A stretch of DNA of 64,000 bases from Liolophura sinensis (lineage: Eukaryota): NCBI RefSeq assembly GCF_032854445.1, contig NC_088304.1, positions 22,489,513-22,553,512 on the forward strand, in the 5' to 3' direction. Under the pieces are notes generated by a model, which worked only from the letters and a program-made list of their open reading frames with translations, had not been told where the DNA came from and searched no databases. The position numbers and the translations under genes are program-made. Shown here one piece after another: positions 47,985 through 58,984 of this stretch (the first letter of the stretch is position 1; every line of letters starts with the position of its first letter).

Positions 47985-49235
47985 TCTGACATCATCACCC
48001 CACACATAAGCCGTAAGTGTAAAGGCTTACCAACGTTATTCACAACACGTCTACACCGTGTACGTCTTAATATTTCACCACCCCATACAGAAGCCGTAAG
48101 TGTAAAGGCTTACCAGCATTATTCACCAACACGTCTACACCGTGCTCATCTTAATATTTCACCACCCCATACAGAATCCGTAAGTGTAAAGGTTTACCAA
48201 CGTTATTCATAACACCTTTACACCGTGTACGTCTTAATATTTCACCACCCCACACAGAATCCGTAAGTGTAAAGGCTTACCAACGTTATTCACAACACGT
48301 CTACACCGTGTACGTATTAATATTTCACCACCCCATACAGAAGTCGTAAGTGTAAAGGCTTACCAACGTTATTCACAACAGGTTTACACCGTGTGCATCT
48401 TAATATTTCACCACCCCATACAGAATCCGTAAGTGTAAAGGCTTACCAACGTTATTCACAACACGTCTACACCGTGCTCGTCTTAATATTTCACCACCCC
48501 ATACAGAATCCGTAAGTGTAAAGGCTTACCAACGTTATTCACAACACCTTTACACCGTGCGCATCTTAATATTTCACCACCCCACACAGAATCCGTAAGT
48601 GTAAAGGCTTACCAACGTTATTCACAACACGTCTACACCGTGCTCATCTTAATATTTCACCACCCCACACAGAAGCTGTAAGTGTAAAGGCTTACCAGCA
48701 TTATTCACCAACACGTCTACACCGTGCTCATCTTAATATTTCCACCACCCCACACAGAAGCTGTAAGTGTAAAGGCTTACCAACGTTATTCACAACACGT
48801 CTACACCGTGCTCATCTTAATATTTCACCACCCCACACAGAATCCGTAAGTGTAAAGGCTTACCAACGTTATTCACAACACGTCTACACCGTGCTCATCT
48901 TAATATTTCACCACCCCACACAGAAGCTGTAAGTGTAAAGGCTTACCAGCATTATTCACCAACACGTCTACACCGTGCTCATCTTAATATTTCACCACCC
49001 CACACAGAAGCTGTAAGTGTAAAGGCTTACCAACGTTATTCACAACACGTCTACACCGTGCTCATCTTAATATTTCCACCACCCCACACAGAAGCTGTAA
49101 GTGTAAAGGCTTACCAACGTTATTCACAACACGTTTACATCGTGTGCATCTTCATGTTTCCTCACCCCATACAGAAGCCGTCAGTATAAAGGCTTACCAG
49201 CATTATTCACCAACACGTCTACACCGTTCGGAAAT
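47985..49235. repeat. Satellite with an 80-bp unit in about 15 copies. There are two unit variants (accagcattattcaccaacac / accaacgttattcacaacac). In minus sense each unit equals the last 33 nt of SDR exon 3 (..EHGVDVLVNNAG) plus the first 47 nt of the intron, including the GTAAGC donor.
   Basis: The minus-strand reading of a unit is ...gatgagcacggtgtagacgtgttggtgaataatgctg|gtaagcctttacacttacggcttctgtatggggtggtgaaatattaa. The genuine exon end at 49198 is the first unit. ORFs 47973-48212 and 49144-49356 are artifacts. Confidence 0.9.
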
Positions 49236-49322
49236 TCTCTTGCCACTTCGTTACACATGCGGGTCACCTCAGATTCCAGACTCAGATCTGCATCAACGAA
49301 ATGGCATCTTACGCCATGTTTC
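49198..49322 (-). CDS. SDR gene, exon 3: (R)KHGVRCHFVDADLSLESEVTRMCNEVAREFPNGVDVLVNNA(G).
   Basis: On the minus strand the acceptor is atttcttccag|ga (phase 2, joining exon 2's trailing AG) and the donor is aatgctg|gtaagcc. It aligns to BdhA HGVKVLYDGADLSKGEAVRGLVDNAVRQMGRIDILVNNAG. Confidence 0.7.
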
Positions 49323-50120
49323 CTGGAAGAAATATAATTTTCATCACATCGATTAATATATTTACGTATTACTTTGATAGATTTTTATTCCCTACTGCAG
49401 AATCAGCTTGACAAACTGTTACATCAAAAACTTCGCATCTTATCTATTCCCTAACAAACCTCCACACTTTTGGGTTCCTAGGGTAACATAGGTTCTAAAG
49501 TTGTGAGCCTATGTTACCCTAGGAATATACAAATGTGTTTACTTTAACTCTTCTTGTCTGTGCATGGAGCTCGTACTAGAAATGACGATTTATTTGCTTC
49601 TGTCAAGTCTTACGCTATCTAACTGCTTCACCCGTAAAACAACAGTAAAATAGGATTTAGCAATAGATTCCACACTTTGGATCTGAATTGCGCAAGCTAT
49701 TAATTCGTCTTGGATGTTGGCGTAAACATACAAATCTGTGATATCTTGTGAGAAAAGAGCGTGAAGCTCGCTCTCTGTGTTCTCCTGGATGTTGATCCGG
49801 CACCTGGCGACAAGCCACAAACTCAGAATTAGCATGTTGGTGATTTTTTTTTAACTGAGCTCTGCCCCACCGTTTGTCTTCCACCTATATGCCTGGCGAT
49901 AGACCACAGACCCAGAAAGTAGAATGTTAGTGGTTTTGGGTGGGCTCTGCCCAATCAGTGGTATTCCGCCAATATGGCGTGCAGGCCGTCACGCCTGAGA
50001 ACGTTGGTTCATAACTCACCAAAGGTCGGTGGTTCTGTCGTACCTGCCAAAATATTCTTAAGTAAAACATCCAGTGAAATAAACATAACTGTTAAATGAC
50101 ATGCATACATACACCTACCT

Positions 50121-50277
50121 GTTGATGTTGTCCTGAATTGCTTGTATCTGATGTCGGTCTCCTAGACCGTTCACGATGACGTCACAGCCTCGTTCAGCTA
50201 ACGTCTCCGCCACTCCGAGTCCGATGCCGGATGTAGACCCGGTTACAAGGGCGGTCTTACCCGAGAGGTCACGACCT
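50121..50277 (-). CDS. SDR gene, exon 2 (Rossmann-fold NAD-binding start): (x)RDLSGKTALVTGSTSGIGLGVAETLAERGCDVIVNGLGDRHQIQAIQDNIN(R).
   Basis: On the minus strand the acceptor is gtaatactcctcag|gt and the donor is caacag|gtaggtgt. The TG-x3-GIG glycine-rich motif appears in the specific form GSTSGIGLG(I/V)A, which is typical of (R)-3-hydroxybutyrate dehydrogenases. The upstream Met exon was not found. Confidence 0.75.
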
Positions 50278-50579
50278 GAGGAGTATTACACCGTAAAACT
50301 ATAGTGGCGAGGACTGCATAGGGCCTGGCGCTGTGTGATGTATTTTATTTATTTATTTATTTGACTGGTATTTTATTGTATATTTCCTTTAACCGATTGC
50401 GGCCAAAATTATACTGGTAGAGTTGTCCACGTTCGAGTTAAGAGCAGTATTCTGCATGAGCTGGGCTGTATTAACATAACATGTATCCATGACCATGGGG
50501 TGTATTCAAAAATAGAACTAATCTTATGTATTTCGTCGGGCATACGTCGAGATATCAGCTGCGTTGATCTTCTCTGCGC

Positions 50580-50960
50580 GTGAATGTGATGCGTGTGTTT
50601 ACACATGCGTACCTACGTGAATGTCGCGGTGGGCCTAGACATATTGCTGTGCATACACGTTTGTATATACAGGATTTCATGCGCATGTATATATGCATGC
50701 ATTTGTGCACGTCAGAGTTCACACGTGCATGCATCAACGTACATTTATACCTGTATATATACTTACGTGCATGGTAGTGTCCAAAACCCCCACGCCCACT
50801 AGCACCATCACCCCTACCAACACCTTCATAACCATCCCACTCCGCACCGCGCCACCCCCGCAACCGCCCACACCTCCACTATCACTATCACATGACCCAT
50901 AACAGCACCCCTACTTCCACCCTGACACCCACCCAGCCTACGTCCCCCACCCCCACCCCC
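50580..50960. repeat. Low-complexity block upstream of the SDR gene with respect to the minus strand. An alternating purine-pyrimidine tract of about 190 bp (gtgcatacacgtttgtatatac...gcatgcatcaacgtacat) is followed by a CA/C-rich tract that reads G-rich on the minus strand (ggggtgggggtggggg).
   Basis: Read from the sequence. There is potential for Z-DNA and G-quadruplex formation. ORFs 50555-50902 are composition artifacts. Confidence 0.7.
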
Positions 50961-52589
50961 AGCCTCACTCACTGGTTTTGGCAAATCCACGTTCCCTAGT
51001 AACACAGGAGTTTACAGTGACGTTTTATATGATCAAGTAAGCCCCTCGTTTAAACGTACACTCTCAGCATACCGCACCAAGAAAAATATAGAACTGGCTA
51101 AGCGGATACCCACACAACCGAACCTTACTTACATAGAACTGTCCAAGCAGATGCCAACACAACTAAACCTTGCATACATTATTTGACTGGTATCTTACCC
51201 CATACTCAAGAATATTCAATGGTCAAGCTGTACCACGTGACTATAGTTACGTTCCGAACGCGAAACAGTGTATTTGTGTTGACCCGTTTATTCGAGCAGC
51301 TTATCGGTCCGTCTGACCCATATAAACGTGTCTTTATCTAATGGCGCTTCTCAACGTACATGCGGACCTACACATTGCTCATATGCACAGGACATAGGAA
51401 AGCCCGGAGACTAGTACTTACATGCACTAGCGGACTCGTCACTGAATCTTCTGCTAGGGAGGTAAAACCCACAGCCGCTACCCCCCACTAGGGTAGGGTC
51501 ACGTCGTGAACAGCTGGACCATTTCAAACAGACTTGCATTAGCCTATTGCAGAAGCGCAAACGAGAAACGTACTTCATTCTCGGGTTAATGTTTAGAGTA
51601 CCACGTGCAAGTGGGCATGCTTCGACAGTCTTCGAGAAAACTCGGCAATCGTCGGCAGTTAACAGTGTTGATAATAAGCATTGATTTAAGGAGTAAAAGC
51701 CATCGAGTTGTGACGGCGCCACGGAGCGATGACTGCAACAAAAATGTTGTGAGGGACCCCACTTAACAACAACTGTAACTCTTGTTTTCAATCAATTCGA
51801 TAGGTCACGCAATACAATACATATAACAGCAAGGGAACAAAGTCGCTTTGACCTCAGCAGAGTTGCGCCGGAAATAGCTTTCATGTACATCCAGCCCCAC
51901 GTATGAATAGTCACGACACTCTTTGACACGATCTACCTGCGGTCACTAGCTAGATCTACATGAACTGATGTCCTATGGCCGCCATCATTGTTTATCCGTT
52001 TAACTGTTTCATTAATGTTGAATTTTGAACTACATGGGTTTATGATAAGCTATTGAATTTTATTGGATTCCTTGGGTGAGAAAACAACATGATTTGTAAC
52101 CTAGATCAACAATCTATGTGCCCTGGAAAATGATATAACACTTTTTTTTGTTTTTTTTGTTCGATTTCGGTCATTTTGTAAATCAAGATGGCGGCCGTAT
52201 TTGCGGTAGGACGGGGAATCAGTGTACCCTATCAGCACTTCCTGTTTTTGTGAGGACGAATATAATTCTGTGTATTTTAGGGTGTAGAGCCTTTTCTCGA
52301 TGCCAGCCTGCCATTTTTTGTGTATGAGTGCATGCTTGGTATCAAAGTAATGGGAATTTTCATAACTTTGGGCAGGTGTGAGCTTTAATGACGAAGTTTG
52401 AAATTCTGGGCGAGAGGACACAAGGAGACAGGTGATGTTAACCCTATAGGCTGAAAAGAGCACATTTGGTTCTATTTGGTGGTGCCTGCTGCATAATTTT
52501 GCCATCTTTCCTCGCAATACACGTAAATACACTCTGGGGTAACAGCAAATACACTCTGGGGTAACTTGCAAATACACTCTGGGGTAACA

Positions 52590-53030
52590 CATATAAAACG
52601 CATCTACAACCTATTGTCATATTACAAAAACGCGCCATTCGAACGATAAGCCTATCAGACCGCCTGACACACACAGCACCAATATTTGCTAGTCTCCAAA
52701 TATTACCATTGTCTCTCTTGAACACTTACTCGATATTACTCCTTTCCCACAGATTTTTTTATCAGCCTTTTAGAATCCCCAGAAGTCTACATAATCATCT
52801 ACTGAAACTAAATTTAGTAACGCAGCGAAATACCAGACGTCATGCTCTAGATTTTTACAGACCACTATATCGTTCTAATTTATCTTTTCGTTTGCTCAAA
52901 ACAGCGGGGCCTAGGGAATGGAACATGCTACCAGATAAACTACGTTGTATCGAGTCTATTTCACTATTTAAAACTAAACTAAAACAACATCTCCTGCAGC
53001 AAATAACAAATAAACGTTGTGCCTAGGGTA
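52590..53030 (+). mobile_element. 5'-truncated non-LTR retrotransposon (LINE) 3' end. It carries the C-terminus of the RT ORF (...VILQKRAIRTISLSDRLTHTAP[1-nt frameshift]IFASLQILPLSLLNTY...NTRRHALDFYRPLYRSNLSFRLLKTAGPREWNMLPDKLRCIESISLFKTKLKQHLL*), followed by a short 3'UTR.
   Basis: These are characteristic LINE ORF2 C-terminal motifs (KRA.R.I...HT.PLF..L.IL.L; NTR; R.NL.KFS....GP..WN.LP...K...S...FK..LK..L). There is a frameshift at about 52680 and no RT core upstream, so it is a dead copy. Confidence 0.6.
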
Positions 53031-54535
53031 TTGTTTCATTGTGTGTCGGCTTTGTTAATGATGTTATTCACTTTCTCTGTCCGCCATATATAGCATGTAT
53101 TTGTATATTTCTATCGGGATAGATCAAGCTCCTTGGAGCTTTACTCCCGCCATATGTTTCTTTAATCTTGTATTAGCCTTATGGCATTCTAATATTCGTG
53201 TGTCTCGAGTAATATTTATAGCATGGTTTTGTGAGTGTCTGTTCGGGTGATCTCCGTGCTTTGATAAGAAAATTACAGAGCAGACACGAACAGCCGAAAT
53301 TGTGTTTCCTAATATATCCTATATATTTGTAGTTACTATAAGTTAAAGCGATAAGGCAAGATTTATGCATATGTATATATAGATATGGTGAATAAAGAAA
53401 TCTGAAATCTGAAGCCTGAAAACGGCAAAGCTGGCAATTGCTGAGTCCATGGCGTCCTCCATCTTTAACACCCTGTAATTTATGCTGAGGGTGTGTTGCC
53501 TCTCAACCAATGAGATTCGTTAAAATTGCCGGCTTGTTCGTGTAAACTCGGAACCTACGTCCAACATTCCGGTTTCCTGATCGTCAAGCGGAATCCGAAC
53601 TGTACTGTTCGCTACCTTCTGAGTTCTACCGGAAATGTACGAACCGCACTTCGGCTGTTACGAACCGCACTTCGGTGGTTTCCGACGGCAATTCTCCTCC
53701 TAACACAAAAGACTTCAGGACTAGTTCTTAGGCAAAATGGAGTCACCCACAGCGGATGTTGGCGCTGACTTTATTTATAATTTATCAACTTGAGGTACAT
53801 ATTAGAATTTTTAAATTAAATATTAAAATTTTCTACTCCTTTAAGGGTATTCCTGTAGACCTATTCTCTTAATTATATTACACTTGGTCATGTGAGGACA
53901 TTGAGCACCACTCCTTGCATTATCCCGGAAAACCTATTTTCTGCAGCACGTGCATGAACACTGGTCAGTTTTCTTAACAGCTAATTCTTTGGCCCCTTGC
54001 GACTGGTATTCTTCAGAGCGATATATGTACGTAGTTCCTGGTTTAACTAGAAATCCTGTACCAGAACAGGAATTATACATTTTTATTTATTCAGCGGTAT
54101 GAAATTTAAATTCATTCTCAGGATGAGTTCGTCATCAGTTTACAGAAAAGGACGCCTTCTGGGGTGGAGACAGAAAGGTCCTTTTTGTATAAAATACAGT
54201 GAAAAAAACTGTTGAGGCTGCGAGAGATTAACTCACTCACTCACTCACTCACTCTTGTTTCCGGCTGGTCTTGATAAGAATTCCTGAAATCAAATTGATT
54301 TATGGTTATCAAGCACGTCAGAGAAAATGCCTGTGGCCGTTTACTTTTCTTTCCACAAACTATTCCTAAATAAATCATATTGTTTTATTTATTGTCTATT
54401 CTTTTAAACGAAATCAATCTTAGCATATACAAAGGAGAAGAGCATTTGAATCAGATTGATATTGATAAATAATGTTTACGAGATAAATCACATCGTATGA
54501 ACAAGTGATTTGTTTTTCGACGGGTTCCTCAAAAA

Positions 54536-54853
54536 TTGGCCAAATTTATAGATCAAAACGTGGAAGAAAGATTCCACCGTTATTTCCGGTTTTTGGACGT
54601 TAACAAAGATCGCGACATTCGCTGGGAAGATTTCGACCAACTGATGAAGAACATTTGTTCGACATACGGAGCAGGTGATGAGAAACTTGATAGATTAAGA
54701 GAAGACACCAAGAATTGGTGGACAAAGGTGGGAAGATTGGAAGTCGACGAAGAACTATCTGAAGACAGATATCTACAAACTATGATGGATTTCTTAACCA
54801 CGAATTTGGCTAAATTTGTCGAAGACTATCGGGAAAGTTGTTTGACGCCATAG
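54536..54853 (+). CDS. Sarcoplasmic calcium-binding protein (SCP)-like EF-hand protein, N-terminal segment (...AKFIDQNVEERFHRYFRFLDVNKDRDIRWEDFDQLMKN...DTKNWWTKVG...DRYLQTMMDFLTTNLAKFVEDY). It then runs into a frameshifted partial duplicate and stops.
   Basis: It has an EF-hand loop DVNKDRDIRWED and a KNWW motif, as in invertebrate SCPs (compare scallop SCP SLDVNHDGIISIENVEE...QKWWDTY). There is no in-frame ATG before residue 30, so the true start is probably upstream or spliced. Confidence 0.45.
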   Translation: MAKFIDQNVEERFHRYFRFLDVNKDRDIRWEDFDQLMKNICSTYGAGDEKLDRLREDTKNWWTKVGRLEVDEELSEDRYLQTMMDFLTTNLAKFVEDYRESCLTP

Positions 54854-55074
54854 ACCGTAGGCCTACCCGTGACGACAAGATGTCAGCAGAAGAATTCCAC
54901 ATGTATTTCAAACTATTCAACGTGACCGACTCGGAGGCTCGGAACGGTTAGTCGGTATCCGACACCTGTGATGAGGAGTGTAAGGGCTTACGGGGAGATG
55001 CTAGGACCTGGTGGACAAAGTGTGAAACTCTAGCGGTAGACAGACAACTGGCCGTGGATGGATAAGCACCAGCT

Positions 55075-55377
55075 ATGACAGGAATGTTCATCGCGGATTC
55101 GACCAAATTCCTCGATGAATATGGTAAACCTTTCTCTGCCGTGTTTGACGCCATAAATCATAACTATGACGACAGGATGTCAGCAGAAAAGTTTTTAAAG
55201 TATTTCAAAGTTTTCAACGTAACTGATTTGGAGGCTGTGGAGAGGAATTGTCAGACGATTGACGTCACAAAGAAAGGAATCATCACGCGAAAGGAATGGA
55301 TCTTGGCTAGTATTAACTACGCTACTCGACAAGACCCAGACTTCGATCATGGCTCCCTGTGCATGTTCAGGTGGTGA
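55075..55377 (+). CDS. SCP-like protein, C-terminal segment: MTGMFIADSTKFLDEYGKPFSAVFDAINHNYDDRMSAEKFLKYFKVFNVTDLEAVERNCQTIDVTKKGIITRKEWILASINYATRQDPDFDHGSLCMFRW*.
   Basis: It aligns with the EF3/EF4 region of SCPs (FNMIFDVIDTDKDRSIDLNEFIYAF). It is preceded at 54855-55074 by degraded duplicate copies of the WWTK...VEDY and DDKMSAEEF...NVTD segments, which carry stops. The locus therefore contains an internal tandem duplication of about 330 bp. Confidence 0.45.
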   Translation: MTGMFIADSTKFLDEYGKPFSAVFDAINHNYDDRMSAEKFLKYFKVFNVTDLEAVERNCQTIDVTKKGIITRKEWILASINYATRQDPDFDHGSLCMFRW

Positions 55378-55779
55378 CCGAGATGTTATCGCACGTCCAT
55401 GGTATGTTACTTTTTGGTGACTTGGTGCCAGTAATATACACTCCTCAATACCCCCATTAACAGCAGATTCAGTTACAGGATAAGGTAGTATATGTTATAA
55501 GGGGACAATAGTTAACGTATATCAGGGGACACAACTCTTATGACCTCTTAACACTACTGGATAGTCTCTCTTGACTTGCGCATCTGATCAGTTTTCTCTT
55601 TCTTATAGCGCTTACTACGCATTTAGCAAACTGTGAATACTCTTGAAGAGTTCTACTCTACTTGCCAACATTTTGGTATGTGGTATACTTAGGCCATTTA
55701 AAATCGGCGTTTTGAACAGGAAATTTGCAAATTGGTTGGTGTTCAGATCTAGCTTTGGCAGATTCACTGATTTACCCGT

Positions 55780-56900
55780 TCATGTACATGTGCTGTGTTT
55801 CCCAGATAAACCTTCCTGTATATGTGCTGTGTTCTCAGAAAAAACTTCCCGCATATGTGCCGTGTTTCCCAGGTAAACCTTCCTATTTATATGCCGGGTT
55901 TCCCAAATAAACCTTCCTACATATGAGCAGTGTTTCCCAGATAAACCTTCCTGTATATGTGCTGTGTTTCCCAGATAACCATTCCTGTATATGTGCTGTG
56001 TTTCCCAGATAAACCTTCCTGTATACGTACTGTTTCCCAGATAAACCTTCCTGTATACGTGCTGTGTTTCCCAGATAAACCTTCCTGCATATGAGCTGTT
56101 TCCCAGATAATCCTTCCTGTATACGTGCTGTTTCCCAGATAAACCTTCCTGCATGAGCTGTGTTTCCTAGATAAACCTTCCTGCATATGAGCTGTGTTTC
56201 CCAGATAACCCTTCCTGTGTATGTGCCATGTTTCCCAGATAAACCTTCCTGTATACGTGCTGTTTCCCAGATAAACCTTTCTGCATATGAGCTGTGTTTC
56301 CCCAGATAAACCTTCCTGTATACGTGCTGTTTCCCAGATAAACCTTCCTGCATATGAGCCGTGTTTCCCAGGTAAACCTTCCTATTTATGTGCTGTGTTT
56401 CCCAGGTAAACCTTCCTATTTATGTGCTGTGTTTCCCAGATAAACCTTCCTGTATACGTGCCGTGTTTCCCAGATAAACCTTCCTGTATATGTGCTGTGT
56501 TTCCCAGATAATCCTTCCTGGATATGAGCCGTGTTTCCCAGGTAAACCTTCCTATTTATGTGCTGTGTTTCCCAGATAAACCTTCCTGTATACGTGCTGT
56601 TTCCCAGATAAACCTTCCTGTATACGTGCTGTGTTTCCCAGATAATCCTTCCTGGATATGAGCCGTGTTTCCCAGGTAAACCTTCCTATTTATGTGCTGT
56701 GTTTCCCAGGTAAACCTTGGTATAAATGTGCAGTGTTTCCAAGATAACTCTTCCTGTATATGTGGTATGTTTCCCAGATAAACCTCCCTGTATGTGTTCT
56801 GTGTTTCCCACATAAACCTTCGTGTATATATGTTATGTTTTCCCACATAAACCTTCTTGTACATATGCTTTGTTTTCCGGGTAAACGTTGTTGTAGGCTC
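55780..56900. repeat. Satellite with a 34-bp unit in about 32 copies (cccagataaaccttcctgtatacgtgctgtgttt).
   Basis: Direct repetition is visible. ORFs 55643-56977 on both strands are artifacts. Confidence 0.9.
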
Positions 56901-57724
56901 ATTTTGAGTAATTTTAGACCAGCGAGGCCGTGTGGTGCGCAACTGGCGCAGTTTTTTCTTGGGTGAGCCATAAACATATATCTCTTCAGTTAGCTGGGTA
57001 AACCTTCCTATAACCGTTCTGAAACTGGGTGAATTGCAAAACTGCTAATGCGACAAGTGCAAGTTTGTACATTCGGCTCTATTTTATGTTTTTTTTTATT
57101 GATTCTTCATCATTGGAGTTTTGGCGATTCCAAAAAAGAAAACTTAGATAAATCGTGATTTCGTCTAACATGAATGCCATCATATCATCCTCATAAGTGT
57201 TAACCCTGAAGATGCATCGTCAGCGCGATGTGGCTTCTTCCTGTCTGTCTAATTTGCATGACAGCACGGTGTTGGTGATCTGGGGCCGATTACGCAAAGA
57301 AATCGTACCTACACTCAATTTCAGACCGAACAATTATGTTTACAACTGAAATAAAAAAATAAGCTACGCCACTTGCACAAAGGATTTGTAAGGCAATTGT
57401 AAATTTTCAACGATTTGTAAAGTTACAATCGCAATCGTAGGAAAATTTGAACAGTACATAAATGGACATTATGAAATGAATTCTACAGCATAAGGATTCA
57501 GGAGCTAACAGCAACAGCGTGGGGGGGGGGGGAATGCTTGTAACATCTTTTTGAGACAACTACATTGTACATCTTGGCAACTGAAGTCGAAAAGTACTAA
57601 GTCTACATAAGGCAAGTATTTAAAGTCAACGCTTATTTTGGGGGCGACTGTAAATATTTACATCAGGATCAACCCGATTGCAATTTTTAACTGTAATTTA
57701 CAACTGTGGTAGCTTATAATCCAT

Positions 57725-58105
57725 TCGTGCAAGTGTGAGTGAGTGAGTGCTTGGGGTTTAACGTCGTACTTAACAATTTTTTCAGTCATATGACGACGAA
57801 GGAATCTTTAGGGTGCATGTACGTGTAATGTGCCTCCTTGTAGCAGGATGGATTTCCACCGCTCGTTTATTTAGTGCTGCTTCACTGAGACGACTTACCG
57901 AAGGCAAGTAAGCTGCCCCGCCTGAGCCATTATACTGATACGGGTCAACCAGTCGTTGCACCTATCCCCTTCATGCTGAACGCCAAGCGAGGAAGTTACA
58001 ACTTCCTCTTTTAAAGTCTTAGGTGTGACTCGATCAAGGATTGATCCTGGATCTACCGAAGCGGACGCTCTACCAACTGTGCTATCCGGGCCGGTACCAT
58101 TCGTG
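57725..58105 (-). mobile_element. Second tRNA-derived SINE family (B), minus orientation. It has a tRNA-like head (accggcccggatagcacagttggtagagcgtccgcttcggtagatccaggatcaatcc), a body, and a tail ...aaaaaattgttaagtacgacgttaaaccccaagc(actc)n.
   Basis: The reverse complement of 58040-58100 shows D-loop/A-box (TAGCACAGTTGGTAGAGCG) and T-loop-like motifs. The tail with a (CACT)n microsatellite is at 57725-57790. Related tail fragments lie at 25330-25430 and about 54195-54262. Confidence 0.55.
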
Positions 58106-58984
58106 CAAGAGGGTGTCGAATGTAAGCTAAGGCCACGACCGTCACTCGAGTGATACACAATCAAATTGGGATTAGGATCCTTTGTGCAAGCGGCCCCTCA
58201 TCTTTAGCATGTATCCTCGCTATTAAGGGAATACATTATCAAGATACGAAATACCTAAAAGAATTCGTCAAATATTTTCAGATAAATTAATCACTGTCTT
58301 CCTTCAATATCGAAGACAAATGACCAGTGGAATAAGTCAGCACATAGAAAACAGTGTTTGAAGAGGTTAAACGATGAACCGAACAGATAAAGTGAATCAA
58401 AAAAAAAAAAAAAAAACAGAACAACACAAAATGAATTTTAACATGGCTTTATTTCGACCGGAAAGTTCAAATATATATATTGCACAAGAAGACCTCTATA
58501 ATGAAGTACAATGATTTGAATACGAACATTTACATGCTCACAAGTAACACAAGTGGGCCAAGCCTTCGACGACTCTGCGATCCGCAAGTGACAAAATACA
58601 GAAATACTAAGAGGATGAGAACAAGAAAATAAATAAAAATGAAAATGAAAACGTCACAACGAACTAAAAGAATTTAAATTAGTTTTGTCACCGAGTACAT
58701 CTATTCATGGCCGAAATGCAGAATTTCGTAAAAACCTGAAAGAAATGACATTCAAAAAATAACATTTTCGAAAATGACTTAACTTCAAAAAAGCATATTG
58801 CTATGTCCAAGAGAGCTGAGGGTCATTGGGCGGGTTGGTTTAGGTATGTCGGGGTCTGGCTGGATGTGAGGGTAGCTAGGGGTGGGATAGTCGGGGATAA
58901 GATTCAAGAATCATTGAAAAAAATGAAGTAAAACAACTCTCTCTTAGGCGACCAGTTGGTCTTCATGCTGACTGACATCCATGC

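Noticed and set aside
49617-49830. Candidate SDR exon 3 with acceptor ttgtcgccag|g and donor acgg|gtgaag. It is in frame with exon 2 and reads CRINIQENTESELHALFSQDITD...
   Set aside because: Although the phase is compatible, the translation lacks the invariant NNAG motif. The true exon 3 (49198-49322) aligns perfectly with BdhA and joins exon 2 in the same phase. The 49.6-49.8 kb segment is therefore treated as intronic.
55780-56977. Minus-strand ORFs of 120-156 aa with repeated GLSGK/YLGN motifs.
   Set aside because: They lie inside the 34-bp satellite and have the same periodicity as the DNA repeat.
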